Assembly: GCA_964016885.1 (NCBI GenBank)
Contig: OZ024758.1
Coordinates: 33,728,001-33,792,000 of the forward strand
Direction: 5' to 3'
DNA length: 64,000 nucleotides
Source: Eledone cirrhosa
Taxonomy: Eukaryota
The notes below the pieces were generated by a model. That model searched no databases. It was not told the origin of the DNA and saw only the letters and a list, made by a program, of their open reading frames with translations. Numbering within the stretch: position 1 is the stretch's first letter; the number at the start of each line of letters is the position of its first letter. Shown here in pieces: positions 57,601 through 64,000 of this stretch. Position numbers and translations under genes: made by a program.

Positions 57601-59760
57601 TGTCAGAAGTAACTCCACTGTTGGTGAGAATTCATTTAAGTTCATGGTATTAGCTGTCAGAAGTAACTCCAATGTTGGTGAGAATTCATTTATGTCATGG
57701 TATTAGTTGTCAGAAGTAACTCCAATGTTGGTGAGAATTCATTTAAGTTCATGGTACTAGCTGTCAGAAGTAACTCCACTGTTGGTGAGAATTCATTTAA
57801 GTTCATGGTATTAGCTGTCAGAAGTAACTCCACTGTTGGTGAGAATTCATTTAAGTCATGGTATTAGCTGTCAGAAGTAACTCCATTGTTGGTGAGAATT
57901 CATTTAAGTTATGGTACTAGCTGTCAGAAGTAACTCCACTGTTGGTGAGAATTCATTTAAGTTCATGGTATTAGCAGTCAGAAGGAACTCCACTGTTGGT
58001 GAGAATTCATTTAAGTTCATGGTACTAGCTGTCAGAAGTAACTCCACTGTTGGTGAGAATTCATTTAAGTTCATGGTATTAGTTTGTCAGAAGTAACTCC
58101 ACTGTTGGTGAGAATTCATTTAAGTTCATGGTATTAGCTGTCAGAAGTAACTCCACTGTTGGTGAGAATTCATTTAAGTTCATGGTATTAGCTGTCAGAA
58201 GTAACTCCACTGTTGGTGAGAATTCATTTAAGTTCATGGTATTAGCTGTCAGAAGTAACTGCACTGTTGGTGAGAATTCATTTAAGTTCATGGTATTAGC
58301 TGTCAGAAGGAACGCCGCTGTTTGTGAGAATTCATTTAAGTTCATGGTATTAGCTGTCAGAAGTAACTCCACTGTTGGTGAGAATTCATTTAAGTTCATG
58401 GTACTAGCTGTCAGAAGTAACTCCAATGTTGGTGAGAATTCATTTAAGTTCATGGTATTAGCTGTCAGAAGGAACTCCACTGTTGGTGAGAATTCATTTA
58501 AGTTCATGGTATTAGCTGTCAGAAGGAACTCCAATGTTTGTGAGAATTCATTTAAGTTCATGGTATTAGCTGTCAGAAGTAACTCCACTGTTGGTGAGAA
58601 TTCATTTAAGTCATGGTAATAGTTGTCAGAAGTAACTCCACTGTTGGTGAGAATTCATTTAAGTTCATGGTATTAGCTGTCAGAAGTAACTCCACTGTTG
58701 GTGAGAATTCATTTAAGTTCATGGTACTAGCTGTCAGAAGTAACTCCACTGTTGGTGAGAATTCATTTAAGTTCATGGTATTAGCTGTCAGAAGTAACTG
58801 AACTGTTGGTGAGAATTCATTTAAGTTCATGGTACTAGCTGTCAGAAGTAACTCCACTGTTGGTGAGAATTCATTTAAGTTCATGGTATTAGCTGTCAGA
58901 AGGAACGCCACTGTTTGTGAGAATTCATTTAAGTTCATGGTACTAGCTGTCAGAAGTAACTCCAATGTTGGTGAGAATTCATTTAAGTTCATGGTATTAG
59001 CTGTCAGAAGTAACTCCACTGTTGGTGAGAATTCATTTAAGTTCATGGTACTAGCTGTCAGAAGTAACTCCAATGTTGGTGAGAATTCATTTAAGTTCAT
59101 GGTATTAGCTGTCAGAAGGAACTCCACTGTTGGTGAGAATTCATTTAAGTTCATGGTATTAGCTGTCAGAAGGAACTCCAATGTTTGTGAGAATTCATTT
59201 AAGTTCATGGTATTAGCTGTCAGAAGTAACTCCACTGTTGGTGAGAATTCATTTAAGTCATGGTATTAGTTGTCAGAAGTAACTCCAATGTTGGTGAGAA
59301 TTCATTTAAGTTCATGGTATTAGCTGTCAGAAGTAACTCCACTGTTGGTGAGAATTCATTTAATTCATGGTATTAGCTGTCAGAAGGAACTCCAATGTTG
59401 GTGAGAATTCATTTAAGTCATGGTACTAGCTGTCAGAAGTAACTCCACTGTTGGTGAGAATTCATTTAAGTTCATGGTATTAGCTGTCAGAAGGAACGCC
59501 ACTGTTGGTGAGAATTCATTTAAGTTCATGGTATTAGCTGTCAGAAGTAACTCCACTGTTGGTGAGAATTCATTTAAGTTCATGGTACTAGCTGTCAGAA
59601 GTAACTCCAATGTTGGTGAGAATTCATTTAAGTTCATGGTATTAGCTGTCAGAAGTAACTCCACTGTTGGTGAGAATTCATTTAAGTTCATGGTATTAGC
59701 TGTCAGAAGTAACTCAACTGTTGGTGAGAATTCTTATAAGTTCATGGTACTAGCTGTCAG
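52320..59760. repeat. Higher-order tandem duplication, 3713-bp unit (69 monomers), 2 copies
   Basis: ORF starts 52963/56676, 53608/57321, 54198/57911, 54900/58613, 55116/58829, 55707/59420. Private markers GGTAATAG at 54902/58615 and AACTGAAC at 55083/58796. Confidence 0.92.
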
Positions 59761-60179
59761 AAGTAACTCCAATGTTGGTGAGAATTCATTTAAGTTCATG
59801 GTATTAGCTGTCAGAAGTAACTCCACTGTTGGTGAGAATTCATTTAAGTCATGGTATTAGCTGTCAGAAGTAACTCCAATGTTGGTGAGAATTCATTTAA
59901 GTTCATGGTATTAGCTGTCAGAAGTAACTCCACTGTTGGTGAGAATTCATTTAAGTTCATGGTATTAGCTGTCAGAAGTAACTCCACTGTTGGTGAGAAT
60001 TCATTTAAGTTCATGGTACTAGCTGTCAGAAGTAACTCCACTGTTGGTGAGAATTCATTTAAGTTCATGGTATTAGCTTGTCAGAAGTAACTCCACTGTT
60101 GGTGAGAATTCATTTAAGTCATGGTATTAGTTGTCAGAAGTAACTCCAATGTTGGTGAGAATTCATTTAAGTTCATGGT

Positions 60180-63100
60180 ACTAGCTGTCAGAAGTAACTC
60201 CACTGTTGGTGAGAATTCATTTAAGTTCATGGTATTAGCTGTCAGAAGTAACTCCACTGTTGGTGAGAATTCATTTAAGTCATGGTATTAGCTGTCAGAA
60301 GTAACTCCATTGTTGGTGAGAATTCATTTATGTCATGGTACTAGCTGTCAGAAGTAACTCCACTGTTGGTGAGAATTCATTTAAGTTCATGGTACTAGCT
60401 GTCAGAAGTAACTCCACTGTTGGTGAGAATTCATTTAAGTTCATGGTACTAGCTGTCAGAAGTAACTCCACTGTTGGTGAGAATTCATTTAAGTTCATGG
60501 TACTAGCTGTCAGAAGTAACTCCACTGTTGGTGAGAATTCATTTAAGTTCATGGTATTAGCTGTCAGAAGTCACTCCAATGTTGGTGAGTTCATTTAAGT
60601 TCATGGTATTAGCTGTCAGAAGTCACTCCACTGTTGGTGAGAATTCATTTTAGTTCATGGTACTAGCTGTCAGAAGTAACCCCAATGTTGGTGAGAATTC
60701 ATTTAAGTTCATGGTATTAGCTGTCAGAAGTCACTCCAATGTTGGTTAGAATTCATTTAAGTTCATGGTATTAGCTGCCAGAAGTAACTCCACTGTTGGT
60801 GAGAATTCATTTAAGTTCATGGTATTAGCTGTCAGAAGTAACTCCACTGTTGGTGAGAATTCATTTAAGTTCATGGTATTAGCTGTCAGAAGTAACTCCA
60901 CTGTTGGTGAGAATTCATTTAAGTTCATGGTATTAGCTGTCAGAAGGAACTCCAATGTTGGTGAGAATTCATTTAAGTCATGGTACTAGCTGTCAGAAGT
61001 AACTCCACTGTTGGTGAGAATTCATTTAAGTTCATGGTATTAGCTGTCAGAAGGAACGCCACTGTTGGTGAGAATTCATTTAAGTTCATGGTATTAGCTG
61101 TCAGAAGTAACTCCACTGTTGGTGAGAATTCATTTAAGTTCATTTTACTAGCTGTCAGAAGTAACTCCAATGTTGGTGAGAATTCATTTAAGTTCATGGT
61201 ATTAGCTGTCAGAAGGAACTCCACTGTTGGTGAGAATTCATTTAAGTTCATGGTATTAGCTGTCAGAAGTAACTCCACTGTTGGTGAGAATTCATTTAAG
61301 TTCATGGTACTAGTTGTCAGAAGTAACTCCACTGTTGGTGAGAATTCATTTAAGTTCATGGTATTAGTTGTCAGAAGTAACTCCACTGTTGGTGAGAATT
61401 CATTTAAGTCATGGTATTAGTTGTCAGAAGTAACTCCAATGTTGGTGAGAATTCATTTAAGTTCATGGTACTAGCTGTCAGAAGTAACTCTACTGTTGGT
61501 GAGAATTCATTTAAGTTCGTGGTATTAGCTGTCAGAAGTAACTCCACTGTTGGTGAGAATTCATTTAAGTCATGGTATTAGCTGTCAGAAGTAACTCCAT
61601 TGTTGGTGAGAATTCATTTAAGTCATGGTACTAGCTGTCAGAAGTAACTCCACTGTTGGTGAGAATTCATTTAAGTTCATGGTATTAGCTGTCAGAAGGA
61701 ACTCCACTGTTGGTGAGAATTCATTTAAGTTCATGGTACTAGCTGTCAGAAGTAACTCCACTGTTGGTGAGAATTCATTTAAGTTCATGGTATTAGTTTG
61801 TCAGAAGTAACTCCACTGTTGGTGAGAATTCATTTAAGTTCATGGTATTAGCTGTCAGAAGTAACTCCACTGTTGGTGAGAATTCATTTAAGTCATGGTA
61901 TTAGCTGTCAGAAGTAACTCCATTGTTGGTGAGAATTCATTTAAGTCATGGTACTAGCTGTCAGAAGTAACTCCACTGTTGGTGAGAATTCATTTAAGTT
62001 CATGGTACTATCTGTCAGAAGTAACTCCACTGTTGGTGAGAATTCATTTAAGTTCATGGTACTAGCTGTCAGAAGTAACTCCACTGTTGGTGAGAATTCA
62101 TTTAAGTTCATGGTATTAGCTGTCAGAAGTCACTCCACTGTTGGTGAGAATTCATTTAAGTTCATGGTACTAGCTGTCAGAAGTAACCCCAATGTTGTTG
62201 AGAATTCATTTAAGTTCATGGTATTAGCTGTCAGAAGTCACTCCAATGTTGGTGAGAATTCATTTAAGTTCATGGTATTAGCTGTCAGAAGTAACTCCAC
62301 TGTTGGTGAGAATTCATTTAAGTTCATGGTATTAGCTGTCAGAAGAAACTCCACTGTTGGTGAGAATTCATTTAAGTTCATGGTATTAGCTGTCAGAAGT
62401 AACTCCACTGTTGGTGAGAATTCATTTAAGTTCATGGTATTAGCTGTCAGAAGGAACTCCAATGTTGGTGAGAATTCATTTAAGTCATGGTACTAGCTGT
62501 CAGAAGTAACTCCACTGTTGGTGAGAATTCATTTAAGTTCATGGTATTAGCTGTCAGAAGTAACTCCACTGTTGGTGAGAATTCATTTAAGTCATGGTAT
62601 TAGCTGTCAGAAGTAACTCCATTGTTGGTGAGAATTCATTTATGTCATGGTACTAGCTGTCAGAAGTAACTCCACTGTTGGTGAGAATTCATTTAAGTTC
62701 ATGGTACTAGCTGTCAGAAGTAACTCCACTGTTGGTGAGAATTCATTTAAGTTCATGGTACTAGCTGTCAGAAGTAACTCCACTGTTGGTGAGAATTCAT
62801 TTAAGTTCATGGTACTAGCTGTCAGAAGTAACTCCACTGTTGGTGAGAATTCATTTAAGTTCATGGTATTAGCTGTCAGAAGTCACTCCAATGTTGGTGA
62901 GTTCATTTAAGTTCATGGTATTAGCTGTCAGAAGTCACTCCACTGTTGGTGAGAATTCATTTTAGTTCATGGTACTAGCTGTCAGAAGTAACCCCAATGT
63001 TGGTGAGAATTCATTTAAGTTCATGGTATTAGCTGTCAGAAGTCACTCCAATGTTGGTTAGAATTCATTTAAGTTCATGGTATTAGCTGCCAGAAGTAAC

Positions 63101-64000
63101 TCCACTGTTGGTGAGAATTCATTTAAGTTCATGGTATTAGCTGTCAGAAGTAACTCCACTGTTGGTGAGAATTCATTTAAGTTCATGGTATTAGCTGTCA
63201 GAAGTAACTCCACTGTTGGTGAGAATTCATTTAAGTTCATGGTATTAGCTGTCAGAAGGAACTCCAATGTTGGTGAGAATTCATTTAAGTCATGGTACTA
63301 GCTGTCAGAAGTAACTCCACTGTTGGTGAGAATTCATTTAAGTTCATGGTATTAGCTGTCAGAAGGAACGCCACTGTTGGTGAGAATTCATTTAAGTTCA
63401 TGGTATTAGCTGTCAGAAGTAACTCCACTGTTGGTGAGAATTCATTTAAGTTCATTTTACTAGCTGTCAGAAGTAACTCCAATGTTGGTGAGAATTCATT
63501 TAAGTTCATGGTATTAGCTGTCAGAAGGAACTCCACTGTTGGTGAGAATTCATTTAAGTTCATGGTATTAGCTGTCAGAAGTAACTCCACTGTTGGTGAG
63601 AATTCATTTAAGTTCATGGTACTAGTTGTCAGAAGTAACTCCACTGTTGGTGAGAATTCATTTAAGTTCATGGTATTAGTTGTCAGAAGTAACTCCACTG
63701 TTGGTGAGAATTCATTTAAGTCATGGTATTAGTTGTCAGAAGTAACTCCAATGTTGGTGAGAATTCATTTAAGTTCATGGTACTAGCTGTCAGAAGTAAC
63801 TCTACTGTTGGTGAGAATTCATTTAAGTTCGTGGTATTAGCTGTCAGAAGTAACTCCACTGTTGGTGAGAATTCATTTAAGTCATGGTATTAGCTGTCAG
63901 AAGTAACTCCATTGTTGGTGAGAATTCATTTAAGTCATGGTACTAGCTGTCAGAAGTAACTCCACTGTTGGTGAGAATTCATTTAAGTTCATGGTATTAG
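60180..64000. repeat. Higher-order tandem duplication, 2312-bp unit (43 monomers); second copy truncated by the window end
   Basis: ORF starts 60335/62647, 60765/63077, 60980/63292; 52-bp monomer at 60587/62899; markers AACTCTAC and GTTCGTGG in both copies. Confidence 0.9.

Larger units (their letters stand above)
1..64000. repeat. 54-bp satellite DNA tandem array (EcoRI-site-bearing monomer, about 1,190 copies, single orientation)
   Basis: The consensus GAATTCATTTAAGTTCATGGTATTAGCTGTCAGAAGTAACTCCACTGTTGGTGA recurs continuously from base 1 to 64000, with most copies carrying 0-3 differences. Length variants: 53 bp (AAGTC for AAGTTC), 55 bp (AGTTTGTC, ACTTTGTC, AGCTTGTC) and 52 bp (GAGTTC for GAGAATTC). 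Confidence 0.99.

Noticed and set aside
230-63732. Many ORFs on both strands (MVLAVRSNSTVGENSFKF and MNLNEFSPTVELLLTANT repeats, up to 254 aa)
   Set aside because: The monomer is 18 codons and stop-free in one frame per strand, so ORFs arise automatically. Frameshifting 52/53/55-bp monomers occur every few units, many variants are non-synonymous, and there is no unique N- or C-terminal domain.
1-64000. CRISPR array
   Set aside because: No unique spacers: the full 54 bp is repeated. No leader or cas genes.
1-64000. tRNA, 5S rRNA, snRNA or spliced-leader tandem gene array
   Set aside because: The unit is too short, with no cloverleaf, recognisable Pol III boxes or conserved RNA motif that I can support.
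1-64000. Telomeric repeat or CENP-B box
   Set aside because: No TTAGGG-type short G-rich repeat. The CENP-B box needs TTCG and CGGG cores, and the consensus has no CpG.
1-64000. Synthetic concatemer of EcoRI fragments or rolling-circle sequencing artefact
   Set aside because: All monomers share one orientation and variants are inherited in nested multi-kb patterns, unlike random ligation or random sequencing error.
1-64000. Antigenic-variation cassette or phase-variable coding repeat
   Set aside because: No expression locus, recombinase, promoter or flanking gene in 64 kb; the diversity is too low and is explained by duplication history.
1-64000. Embedded mobile element or inverted block
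   Set aside because: Reading through the window I found no non-monomer sequence and no reverse-complement monomers on the + strand.

Overview
The whole 64-kb window is one uninterrupted, head-to-tail, single-orientation tandem array of a 54-bp monomer (about 1,190 copies; the array runs off both ends). Consensus, cut at its EcoRI site: GAATTCATTTAAGTTCATGGTATTAGCTGTCAGAAGTAACTCCACTGTTGGTGA (20/54 GC, no CpG). This is most consistent with eukaryotic satellite DNA; the organism and family cannot be identified from the sequence alone. I found no unique sequence, genes, RNA genes, transposon insertions, inversions or CRISPR spacers. All listed ORFs are by-products of an 18-codon monomer that lacks stops in one frame per strand. 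The informative signal is in the monomer variants (52/53/55-bp indel forms and a few recurrent substitutions). They form fixed short 'phrases' and reveal a nested history of duplications with offsets of 539, 1507, 2044, 2312-2314, 2530, 2582-2584, 2958, 3713, 4091, 5865 and about 14,300-14,500 bp, rather than one fixed higher-order repeat. Offsets come from matching ORF start coordinates and marker variants; block boundaries are approximate (to within one or two monomers). I do not find support for a novel gene system here.
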